From the human T2T-CHM13v2.0 reference genome, Homo sapiens: a stretch of 64,000 bases of DNA. Below are positions 28,501 to 41,285 of this stretch, in pieces (position 1 is the first letter of the stretch; each line of letters begins with the position of its first letter). Below the pieces are notes generated by a model. That model did no database searches and had not been told where the DNA came from. It saw nothing but the letters and a program-made list of their open reading frames with translations. Location: the NCBI RefSeq assembly GCF_009914755.1, contig NC_060926.1; one strand, written 5' to 3'. The position numbers were made by a program, and so were the translations under genes.

Positions 28501-31174
28501 CAGTAGCTACTTGAGCCACAGGGGATAGAGCACAGTGTCAGCTTCTTCTCTGAGGGAGCACACAACTGTGTGGACTCCAGTTGGCTCCCTCAGTGGAGCT
28601 TAGTGCCTGTGAGGGCTGCAGGGGACCCCAGTCGTGAGGTCTGTAGGTGTCCAAGGTGTTGATGGGGGTTGTTGGGGTCCTGTGACTTTACCGTCTTTCT
28701 GTAGGAAGTTGCTCCTGGTTCCAAGCTGATCCCAGTTGGGGATGGGGTGGTGGAGGCCTGGTGTTTCCTTCTGTTTTCTATGTGACCATCCTGAGTTTTT
28801 GTGCTCACCAGGATTTCTGTTGCTCCTCTGATGCACTTGGGTGCTCTCCTTCAGTTATTTTCACTAAATGCAGTTTATTTGTTATTCTGGCTGTCTTTGT
28901 GAGGGGGATGAGTACTAGGGTCTTCTAGTAAGCCATCTTGCTTTACTTAAATAAATTCTTAATAAATTTTTAAATAAATACTTTAACTTAATATTTTATA
29001 TTTTATAAATAATTTAATAAACAATAAATTCTTAAATACATTTACTTAAATAAATTCTTAATTTATTTTAATTCACAAAACAACTCTTTTACATTCCATT
29101 TTGTAAAAGATGACCTTGAAATTGACCACAATTAATTTCCTGTGGTCATACAGCTCAGAAGTGATAGCAGCAGAATTCAAACCTAAGCCTGACTCTGAAT
29201 CATCCACTCTTTAGGGCATGTACTGATTCCTCTGAAGAAGTCTAACAGATGAAGGTGGAAAAGTAAAGAGAAGAAAATATGTTTTACATTTGGACATTTT
29301 TGCTGAATTATAGCTCAAATTGAACTTCACCAGTTGTCATCAAATGATTACCATGAAGTATATTTTTATACATATTATGTGTTGAACATCTAACATAGTT
29401 CTTAAAAAGTATAAAAATATTTTTCCCCAAATACGCTTTTACTTATTACTTTAAATTTATACTTTTTTATTGTGCCACCAAGCATTATTGATTACTTACT
29501 ACTCTGCTAGTAGCATTGCACTTATTCTCATCTTATACAGACTATTATGAGATAAGTTGATTTTCCTCTTTCACACTTTGAAAGAAGACAATAGGAAAGG
29601 ACAACCTTTTCTGTCTTTTCAAGAATAGAAAGAAAAATCTAACCTTTGTGCTACTAAAATTCTTCTTTGTTAACTACATGATTACTGACTAAGGAGTCTG
29701 CTATCATTTTTTAAAAGTTCAAAGAAACTAAGAGTATTTCTGGGCAATTTCAATATCTGTCCCTGAAAAGTCTGAACTTTATTCCTTCCCAGAAGGTCCA
29801 CCCCTACATTTATTAGGCCTTTGGCAAAAGTACAAATAGAAATACACACCATAAATTTAAATATTTGTTATCAATCAAACTGTTAAATAATACATACTCT
29901 TATGTCTTCCCTTGACAAATATAGCTTTATAATAACTTAGATGACCATGTTAGAACTTCTGGACTCCTTGGTCATCTGCCCCAGAATACAGTGGCCTGAC
30001 CTCTTTCAATTCCTATCTTTAGCTGCATCCTACACTGCAGGGGTCTTTTAGGCAACTCATCCTTAAACAAAACAAAACAAAAACAGCTGGCTTTGGCACA
30101 TCTTGCTCTTAGGATTGAAAACACTAGAGGCAATCTTCCCTGGGGGATGGACCTAGGAAGAATCCTACCCAAGTCCTGGAAGAGAGCTTAGAGCCAGCCA
30201 TTCAAGCAAGGTAGTCTGGAATCCTGGGAATTTAAACTGTGGTCTAGGAATGGGGCCACCAGCTCTGGAGCCCTATGTTCTATTTCTGCATAGATTCCTT
30301 GGCTTTGTGGGTATGTGGCTGGAAGAGGGCTGGAGTGGCTTCCTCTAAAATATAAGATCCAGGGCATCAGCCACATTTGCCCTTGTCTGAGAACAGTACT
30401 GCTTTTTGGTTTTGCATGGCCATGGTGGAGGCAGAGTAGCTCTGGATAATCACATTGCTGGCAGATGAAGGCCAAAGAAAGGTATAGCTAGTATTCCTTC
30501 TTACCAACTATTAATGATCAACTAAAAAAAAAATCTATCTTGGTGTGAAATTGCTGAAAAGATTCCCAGCAGGTCCTTGGAACCTCATCACCCTTCCCTT
30601 TTGCACTGACTTCTCTTAGCCTGGGGCTCACTCATGGAACTGTAAAGTTAAGATCATTTCTGAATTTCTTCATTTTGTTCTTCATTAGCTTCAGTTATCT
30701 TGATAATTCAAGTGAGCATAATTCTTTGGACTCCAAATAATTGGTGTTTAATCTCCTCTTTTCTTTTGGAATATAGAGGTGGTTTATGAAATATATCTAT
30801 AGATTCATGACTTCCTCTAGACTTAGAACTTAAATGAAGATATTTTTTTCTCTGTTCTATTAAATTTCAAGTTATATTTGCCACCACAGAAAAAGAAATG
30901 TAGATAGAATTCAAGAAAGACACATTATGAATTCTTTCCTATATAATGTTTCTTGAATTTTTGCTGTGAAATCTAAAAATTAAATTTTTTCCCCAATTTA
31001 ATAATAATTGTTTATTTTGTTCATAGAGAATAAATTAAGTTCCTGTGCACTCTTTAAGTTTCAAATATAATTTTCTGCAAAAATCAGTGTATATTATTAC
31101 ATTTTGTCAGGAAGGTAACTCGAAGATAGCTAAAAAATAAACTTGAAAATATTTGCTTATGCTGTGTAGGCTTC

Positions 31175-31325
31175 TCAAAAGTTATTTTTAAAGACTGAGG
31201 AATTAGGCACCTGTCATTTTTGCCAGCTGGTGTAGATGTTAAAAATTACTGTCACTCTTCCGCCTGCTACTTTATTTTGCACCTGCTGTTACTTGAGTTA
31301 CAGGCATTTCACACATGGTAATTTA
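31175..31325. promoter_or_regulatory. MLC1/3 3' skeletal muscle enhancer
   Basis: MEF2 TTATTTTTAA 31182-31191 and E-boxes CACCTG 31208-31213, CAGCTG 31224-31229, CACCTG 31280-31285 (AACAGCAGGTG on minus), CACATG 31312-31317. It lies ~1.6 kb past the polyA site, matching the known layout of the downstream MLC enhancer. Confidence 0.9.
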
Positions 31326-31654
31326 ATAAGGTTAGTTCCCATGACAATGTACTAGATATTATCCCATTGAGGGTTAAAGCGGTTTTATAAGGTCTTGAGG
31401 GAGAATCACTAAATATAAAACTTGAGATTAAAAATTTAATACCTTGCAGACATCACATTTTTCTAATTAAAAATTTTTAAAGGAGTATAGAAGAAATGAC
31501 ATTTAGTCACATATCCCAAAACAAAAATGAGACTTTTATGATTGAATTATTTGTACCAGTCAACTTCTCTACATAGTGTCATTTGTAATTAAAACAAACA
31601 TTTTTAATTGCCTGGTATAACACCTGCAGATAAATATATATTAAGAGCTGTGAA

Positions 31655-31862
31655 CAGTGGTTCAATATAGTAGTCAAGAGACATGTTACTATTTAAATTC
31701 GAATTTAAATTAATTAAAAGGAAACAATTAAAATTCAATTCCTCCATCACATGGGCCACGTTTCAGATGTTCAATTGCTGCATGTGGCTAGTAGTTACCA
31801 TATAAGACAGAGCAGATATAGATTTTCCTTTTCACAGAAAGTTCTACTGGATGAGGCTGTGA
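31655..31862. mobile_element. MER3/MER33-type hAT DNA transposon fossil
   Basis: catgtggctagtagttacc...cagaaagttctactggat motifs with AT-rich centre. Confidence 0.65.
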
Positions 31863-32849
31863 TATTTCCAATTCCTGGTCTTAGGTAAACTTGGCCTTAA
31901 AGATCATGAAACTATAGTGCATTTTCCTTAAAAGAGTGATTTCAATGTCGCAACATCATCTTGACTACAAAAGCAGAGGTTGAAGTTAAAGTTCTGCCAC
32001 TGAAATCTGAGTGACCCTTTGCCAGACAGAAGGAACACATTGATTTGAAGCTCCCAATATCAGGAGAAAGTTGTTTCAGCTTCCAAAGATCTATAGGCAG
32101 GCAGGTGCTTTTCAAATATTTTATAATACTATATATTAAAATTATCTTTTTAGGGGGGTATGGAGAAGTATTTACCACTCATCTCTTCTAAACAGTCAAT
32201 TTTTTCACCCTCAGAATGTGTTCTAAAGAAAAAGTGACAGGTGATAGCATTCTGAAATAAAGTTTACACTATGAATGTTTCTGTTAATTTGTCTTACCAC
32301 TTTTGACATCTATTAAAAGATTGAACTAATATTTTGGGACATGGACATGCAAAGGGGAGGGAATCATAGTTGGAGAGAGAATATTAATAAACAGGATCTT
32401 GAGTTCTTAAGCAACAATCCCATCCCAGAGGGTTTTTTAAAAAGTTATAGCTGAAAGGTCACTTTAAATCTTATCCTTGAAGACATTAAGTGAGAAGGAT
32501 CAAGGGCTTGCTAGACTTTTCTAATAGGCCAGATTGTCACTAGAAGTGAAATAGATCAAGCCATGAACAAAATGATTTACACAAATCCGAAGAAACCTGT
32601 TTTCGCTTTAAATTACCTGCATAGTTTTTATAAAATGTCTCTTATCCAGTTTGAATTTCCTCAGATTTCTATTTTACTTTTTCAGTAACATATGATTATC
32701 TTTATTATTCAATTTGTTATTGCTATGTAGACTTCAGTGATTTCTTCTTTTAAAAGTTTATAATTTGTCAATATTCTCTACATTTAACAAAATAATTGAA
32801 GTTTTAAAAATTATTTTCATTAAGAAAATAAAAATGCAATGTGACTTGA

Positions 32850-33170
32850 ACATTCCAGACTGACCAAAATTGTTTATTGATTTATTGTTTTAAGAATGTT
32901 TGTTGATTCATGGTAGATAATAAAGAATGGTGCTTGGATTTGAGATTGTCAATATTTTATTCTTCTCATCTAGAGCAGCAGACACTTTGTTTGTGTGGTA
33001 TGAATTCAATTCAGAGAAAAACTGAAGATGTATAAAAATTCAGGGAGTTGCTCAGTCTTGAACCGTCCAGATTGCTTTGTTTTCCTGAATGATGGTAAAC
33101 AGATCTGGAGAGTTTGTCATGGGTGTGATTAAAATAAGTTTCCAGCCAGTCTTCCTAAACAATGCTTGTT
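32850..33170 (-). other. MYL1: MYL1 exon 9, non-coding 3' UTR exon
   Basis: Strong acceptor TTTTCCCTTTTTCTTTACAG| ending at 33171, with AATAAA signals downstream; 3' end approximate. Confidence 0.88.
32873..32961 (-). terminator. Polyadenylation signals (three AATAAA)
   Basis: Plus-strand TTTATT at 32956-32961, 32881-32886 and 32873-32878, then a U-rich tract on the minus strand near 32821-32835. Confidence 0.8.
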
Positions 33171-33748
33171 CTGTAAAGAAAAAGGGAAAATGAATTAGAT
33201 ATTGATTGCATCTTTTCAGAAAGAAAACTCAGGAGGAAATAATGTGAAGTGTAAGACAATAAAAAGCGCAAAGTGAACCAGCACTTACAAGATGAGCCAA
33301 TTCCTAGTTGTAAGAACCTGGTTGCAAGTGCTTGAATTTGGACTGTTATAACACGGTTTTCTAGAGCAGAAACTGTTAAAAACTACTTTGGTTATCCAAA
33401 AAACGTTTGCCTGTGCTTTTATTAGTGTTCTGTTCCAATTAAATTAATTAACTAGTCTCTGGTTTGTTGAGTCTCCACTGCATAATTGCAGTACAGTCAC
33501 AAAGATAGAATTTATGAATGGAAGCAAAAACCTCATAGGTTTTTGCTTATATCTCGTACAAAAATGCTCTATTTCTGAATAACCCATTTCAAGGCATTAA
33601 TATTTTCTAATTAATATAAATATCTCGTAATTAAGAACCAATATTAATCTATAGCATATAAACTGAAGCTGTCAAGTTTTAAAAAACACAATATCAAGAA
33701 ATCCTTAAATATTAAAGAGGGAACTGGTATATACCTTGAGAGCTCCAT

Positions 33749-33777
33749 TCAGATAGACATGATGTGCTTGACAAAAG
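33749..33777 (-). CDS. MYL1: MYL1 exon 8 coding part (AFVKHIMSI-stop); exon continues to 33735
   Basis: CTCCTACAG|CTTTTGTCAAGCACATCATGTCTATCTGA ATGGAGCTCTCAAG|GTATAT. Confidence 0.97.
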
Positions 33778-34009
33778 CTGTAGGAGCAAAATAGACAAAA
33801 TAGACAATTTAGAGTTAGGAAACAGTCAAATTTAATAAAAGAGAGGTTTAATGAGTTAGCTCAATCCTATTTTTAGCTGTAACAATAGTTTCTTTTCTTT
33901 TGTATTTAAGGTGTGTATAGCTCATAATTCTTAGTAGTGGATTTATGACCTTTGCCCTGATTTTGCAAATTAATTTTTTGAATAAGTGGTACATTCACAT
34001 ACATTTTTA

Positions 34010-34130
34010 TTTTTAACATAGGGTCTCATTGTGTTGTCAAGGCTTGACTCAAACTCCTGGGCTCAAGCAATCCTCCTGCTTTAGCCTCCCAAGCAGCTGG
34101 GACTACGGGCACATGTCACTGTGCCCAGCT
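34010..34130 (-). mobile_element. Alu monomer (FLAM-like)
   Basis: Monomer consensus. Confidence 0.85.
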
Positions 34131-34754
34131 ATGGTTAAAATATTTTCTTTAACGTATGAAAGGGTATATAACAACAAAATGTTTCCCATCACTGTCTGCT
34201 AGGCAACTGGTTCCCCTTTTTACTGCTAAATTGACAGAGCTGTTTATGCATATACAAGACCACATAAATATGTTTCTAAAAATCTTTTTACACAAAAAAT
34301 GGCATACTCTATACATTGTTTTGTATTCCTTTTTTCAATTAATAATTTATCTTACAGATATTATAACTGTACACAAGAGTGTCCCTATTTTTTAGGGCTG
34401 CAGAGAATTTCACATTGATACATTGATAGACATTCGATTGTTTTCACATTGATACATTGATGAAATTATACTTTGATGGACATTAAATTGTTAAAAAAAT
34501 TTGGCAGTTATGAACAGCACAGTAATGAATAACCATCTATATATGGTCATCTCATTTGAGTGAAAGTATATCTAGAGACTAAGTCTCTCCAGAAGTAGAT
34601 TTGCTGCAATTAGTAGTACCACACCATAACCTAGGGGTTTTAACAACATGCATTCCCATCAGTGATACATGAAATTGCCTGTTTCCACACCCTCTCCTCA
34701 GCCCAAAGTGTGCCCAAACATTTAATCTTTGGCAATCAGCTTATTGAAAAATGA

Positions 34755-35076
<322 letters not shown>

Positions 35077-36279
35077 TCAGTGTAGTTTTAATTTGCTTTT
35101 TAAAAATTATTAATGTAGTTTGTCATCTTATTTTATTCATTTTATTTCCTATGAATTGTCTGTTCATGTACTTGCTAATTTTCTATTGGATATGATCTTT
35201 TATTAATTTGTAGTAGTTCTTTTTTATTAGGAAAATTAGCTCTTTCTGGTATTAATTGAATTTTTTTTTTTTCTGGTTTGCTGTCTTTTGACTTTGCTTT
35301 GGTGGCTTTTGCCATATAGATTTTTTAAAGTATGTGATTAAATTTGTCAAGATTTTCAATGCCGTCTGGTTTTTGTGTCACTGTTAGAAAAAACGTAACC
35401 ACTCCAAAGTTATAAAATTAATTCTTCTGTGATTTTTGTGCTCTTTATGTTTTTAGCTTTTACATTTCACATGTAAATTATTTGAAATTTGTCTTGGCAT
35501 AAAATTCAGATTTGACTTTATTTTCTAGATGACTGTCCACTTGTTCAAACAGTATTTATTGAATGATTCTCTATGGAGTGTATTTACGGTAATAGCCAAA
35601 TGTGAAGAATTGTCGACGGGGAAAAAAGTGAAGTTTAATCAAGATTGTCAGTGAAGATATGCTTGGCTAAGCCCTTTCTTTTTGTCCTCTTCTCCCTCCT
35701 TTCCTTTCTTCTCCTTTCTTCCCCTCTCATTCTCTTCTCTTCTTTGTTTTTCTCTTTTTGTCTTTATTTATATGTAACTTGATTCATTCTCTTTGGGGAT
35801 AGAAACATTTTTAAATTTTCTTACAAATTAAAAAATTTTTAAATTTGTAAATTATATTATGCATCTTTGTTTTCTGTAGTGCATTGCTTTCACACCCTCT
35901 GGGTGAAGCTGCTGTAAATTGGTAGTAGGAATTAAACAATTGGCAACTGTGGGCTGACTTTCATGTAAGCAAGAACACTAGACAAGGAAAAGAAGTAAAT
36001 TTTACCACCAGCCTGGCCATTAGTGATTTGACCTTCACCAAGTAACTAAACCTATTTGGCCCGAAGTTTCATTTTCATAATTGCTTCATATTAGTAAATG
36101 ACTTTGAGATTTCTTCAAGTTTAATATTCTATTAAATTTGATTCTGACATCAGCCCTGTCTAACTCATAGGGATGTTCTGAAGATCTAACAAAAAATATA
36201 TGTGAAAACACATTTTTAGCTTTAAAACAATGCACAGTATTGCTAAAACACACTGGAATAAATGTTATTTATATGTTCA

Positions 36280-36525
<246 letters not shown>

Positions 36526-36947
36526 TCAGAAAGAAGGCCATGTGTTATTTTCAAAATCCACCATAGGTCATCAGTCAAGGGCTCTGGAGACTAAACTCTT
36601 GACATATAGGAACTGTGACTTTCCCATTCTTTTGGTACTTAATATATTGTCAACTAATTGGTTTTTGAATGAGTTAATTAAATACACATTATCTGTTGTC
36701 ATACAAAGTGTCCTGTAAGAACTACCATGCTTTCCTTTACTTATTCATTACCAATATTTTAAGTTAACATTTTCACCAAACTCACTGCCACTGAGGCCAA
36801 TTGAAATGGTCATTAACTTTTGACTATTTTTTTTTCCCATTTTCCCTTTGTAGTCTTTCCTCCTATTTTGGTAGTGACATGATTCTCCTGTCATGTTCTT
36901 TTCTATATATTCTGTCTCACTAAGTCCACTGAAATAAATTCCCTTAC

Positions 36948-37121
36948 CCAGGGTGGCTAGAACATGGCGGAGTTCAGCACCCATGACTGTGCCATTGCCT
37001 TCCTTGTCAAAGACACGCAGACCCTCAACAAAGTCTTCATAGGTGGCCTGGTCCTTGTTGTTGGAAATGGCTTGCATCATAGGCAGAAATTGTTCAAACT
37101 CAATTTTCTTGGCATTCAGCT
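36948..37121 (-). CDS. MYL1: MYL1 exon 6 (174 nt, shared)
   Basis: TTCTTACAG|AGCTGAAT...ACCCTGG|GTAAGG; encodes [15 protein letters not shown]...[21 protein letters not shown]. Confidence 0.98.
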
Positions 37122-38011
37122 CTGTAAGAAATTGCAATTTTGAGGGTTATTAGCTACCATAATACTAACTCTGAGTCACAATTTAAACTTGAAAAGTTAT
37201 TCTAGGTTATCTGAAAAACCTTCACACAGCTTAAATTTCAGCTGGTAAATTGCTAAAATATCAAGAATATGGTAATAGTTAATGGCATGAGGTCTGGAAT
37301 TGCAGTTCCTGAGCTTTTATTCCCAGTCTACCATTTGCAACTCTGACAGTGCTCTAGTTAACCTTTTTGTGCCTCAAGTTATCATCTGTAAAATAGAGAT
37401 AACTAATAGTGTTATTGTGAGAACTAAATGAGCTAATGAATGCAAAGTTTAATAGAATATCTAGTATAAACTGAGTGCTTAATAAGTGTTAGCTTTTTTT
37501 TAGTATTGTCCATTTAATATTTCCCATAAATACTTGCAAGCAATAGAAAAATGCACTGAGATACAACAAACTCATTAGTGGATTAATACAGTAAAACTTA
37601 GCTTTAGTATATATTCCACCTTTGTCCCCAGCTTTTTGAGGGCCTTCCCGTTCTTTAAATCCTTTCTTTAAATTTTAAGTAATTTAAGCAGTTTACAAGG
37701 AGAGAGTGTGTGTCAAATATTTTGTGATCTTCTGACTTCTTTGTACCTTAGAGGCCAGGAGATGATAGGACTTTATTATCTTCTGACAAGGTAAATCTTA
37801 TTCATGGAAAATCTGGACAGTCTATTTTATACTATCCAGTTGTATACAAATGGGTAAAGTTATGTATTCACCAAATCAAATTTTTTTTACTACTTGTCTA
37901 TATTTCTATTACACGCAATTTATATTTTTACACTGAAATTACATTGAGTAATATTTAAAAAATTAAATTTGAATGCTGAATAAATGAGTATTTTACCAAA
38001 TAATTGTATTA

Positions 38012-38566
<555 letters not shown>

Positions 38567-38854
38567 ATAGGGTTTGCCCTATTGCTTGCTCACTTTATCT
38601 CATGCTCTTGGCTTTTCTACATGATGTAATTGGAAATTTCCTTCCAAAGAAAATGAAGTAAGCAGGCTGATTTTGAGTTTTCCTGAAATCAAGTTTTCTT
38701 CTAACAAAGGAAGGTCACCAAAGAATTTTCAACTGTCAAGGGAAAGAAAAAGATTATTTGTTATCTCATACCCCTCTCTCTGTTTCCTAATGGCAAAGAT
38801 AAACAGCCTGAATATCTACTTGAAAAACTTCAGTTTTGTATCTCTTTCAAAAAT

Positions 38855-40285
38855 TATTTTCGATTGACACATACTAATTGTATGTATTTACGGGGTAAAG
38901 TGTGATATTTGGATACATGTGTATAATGTGTAATGATCAAATAAGGATAAATAGCATACTGATCATCTCAAACACTTATCATTTCTTTGTATTGGGAACA
39001 TTCAAGATCAACTCTTTCAGCTATTTGAAAATGAATTGTTGCTAGTATAGTCATCCTATAGTGCTTTAGAACACTAGAACTATTCCTCCAATCTAGTTAT
39101 AATTTTGTATTCATTTACTGACCTCTGGCTATGTCTTATTCCCTCCTCTCTTCGTTAAAGATAGATGTTTGGTAAGTTGGGAAGTGGCATTTAAAAATAA
39201 GGTTTCTGTTGGGCGCAGTGGCTCACGCTTATAAACCCAGCACTTTGGGAGGCCGAGGCGGGCAGATGCTTGAGCTCAGGAGTTCGAGACCAGCCTGGGC
39301 AACATGGCAAGGTCCTATCTCTACAAAACAAACTAAAACAAAACAAAAAGTAGCTGGGTGTGGTGGTGCACATCTGTAGTCTTAGTTACTCAGGAGGGAC
39401 TAGAGCACTAGAATTTATTCAGAACCCTGGAATTTATTCATCCAATCTAGCTATACTTTGGTATTTATTAACCAACTTCTGGCTATCTCTTATTCCTTCC
39501 ACCCTTTCCTGTCTCTAGAAAGCACTACTTTCCACTTCTCCAGATCAAAATTTTTTAGATTCTACATATGAGTGAGAACATGTAGACTTATCTTTCCATC
39601 CCTGGCTCATTTTACTTAACATGATGTCTTCCAAGCTCATCCATCTTGCAGCAAATAATAAAATTTCATTTTTTATGGTTAAATAGTATTCCATTGTGTG
39701 TGTGTGTGTGTGTGTGTGTGTACATATATATATATATATATACATATATATAAAATATTTTCTTTATCCATTCATCTGTTGATGGACATTTATGTTGATT
39801 CCATATCTTGGGCATCGTAAATAGTGTTGCAGTAAGCATGAGAATACAGACTTTTTTTGACATGTTGATTTCCTTTTCTTTAGAAATATACCCAGTGATG
39901 GGATTGCTGGATCATATAATAGTTCTATTTTTAGTTTTTTGATAAACCGTACTATTTTCCACAATGGTTGCACTTACATTCTCAGCAACAGTATATAAAA
40001 GTTCCCCTTTCTCTGCATCTTCCACAGCATTTATTTTTTGTCTTTTTAATAATGACCATTCTAAGTGGGTAAGATGGCGTTTCATTGTGGTTTTTAATTT
40101 GCATTTCCCTGGTAATTAGTGATATTGAGCATTTTAAAATACATCTGTTGGCCATTTGTATATCTTCTTTTGAAGGATGTCTATTCAGTTCATTTGCCCA
40201 TTTTTTTATTGGATTATTCGTGGGTTTTTTTTTTTGGCTGTTGAGTTTCTTACATATTTTGGATATTAATCCCTTGTCAAACAAC
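38855..40285 (-). mobile_element. L1MA 3' fragment in intron 5, interrupted by a duplicated segment
   Basis: L1MA 3' UTR and ORF2 C-terminal peptides (ELLYDPAIPSLGIF); internal (TG)n(TA)n at 39695-39752. Confidence 0.88.
39207..39397 (+). mobile_element. 3'-truncated AluJ-like fragment (part of local duplication)
   Basis: Left monomer plus start of right monomer, no A-tail. Confidence 0.88.
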
Positions 40286-41001
40286 TTGCAAATGTGTCTT
40301 GTCTTTTTTGTTTGTTTTGAGTATCATTTTCCATTAGACTATTATACTTTTCAATAAAACCATTGGGATTAAAAATAATTTCCTTATTCTAGAATAATGA
40401 CTGGATTTCTGGATTGAGTAAATGACTTCTGCAATTTTGCCACTAACATTTATCACTGATTTTTTTCCTAGGATTATCCTTGTGCTCTGTCCTTTGACAC
40501 CCTGCTTCTGTCCACTCATAGAAGCAGTGTGTCAAAGGACAGAGCACATGGCAGTCAGCATGTATTTTTCAGTTGCTTGACAAAGTTGCAATTTCATTTC
40601 CACAGCTTTTATCAGAGGAGAACTTCTCTAGAACTGTGCCACTGGAATTTACTCAGAATTGTTTATAAAGTGTTTTAAATCATATTTAACATCTTTGCCA
40701 AAATGTGTTTTTGCCTTTGAAGATTTGAAGTCTGAAAAAATGTGCAGATTTGGATATTATTTCATTACATTAGCCTTTAATTATGAACATTCGAAATGAT
40801 ATTAGCATTAGGTATTATTTCTAATATCTAATGCTTAACATTAGATATTAGCATGACATTTTACCACGCTTGCAAATTCTCAAAGGAAGTTTAACTTATT
40901 TTATAAAGCAAAAAGCTGAGACTTTCTATGGCCAAGAGGCACACTTACCACAATCAAGAATAAACTGAGCCCTATTATGTGAAACATTTTTAAATCAATC
41001 T

Positions 41002-41080
41002 TTCTCTCTCTCACACACACACATACTACACACACACACATACTACACACACACACACACACACACACACTGCTACACAC
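41002..41080. repeat. Compound (CT)n(CA)n microsatellite near exon 5 donor
   Basis: Direct reading. Confidence 0.9.
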
Positions 41081-41087
41081 TTCCCTA

Positions 41088-41285
<198 letters not shown>

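Noticed and set aside
31691-31710. 20-bp perfect palindrome ATTTAAATTCGAATTTAAAT
   Set aside because: AT-rich centre of a MER3/MER33 fossil.
35821-35850. 30-bp near-palindrome
   Set aside because: Almost pure A/T low complexity.
36748-37137. 129-aa ORF as a separate protein
   Set aside because: It is MYL1 exon 6 read through into flanking introns; ORFs 41085-41279, 36277-36495 and 57578-57769 likewise overrun their exons.
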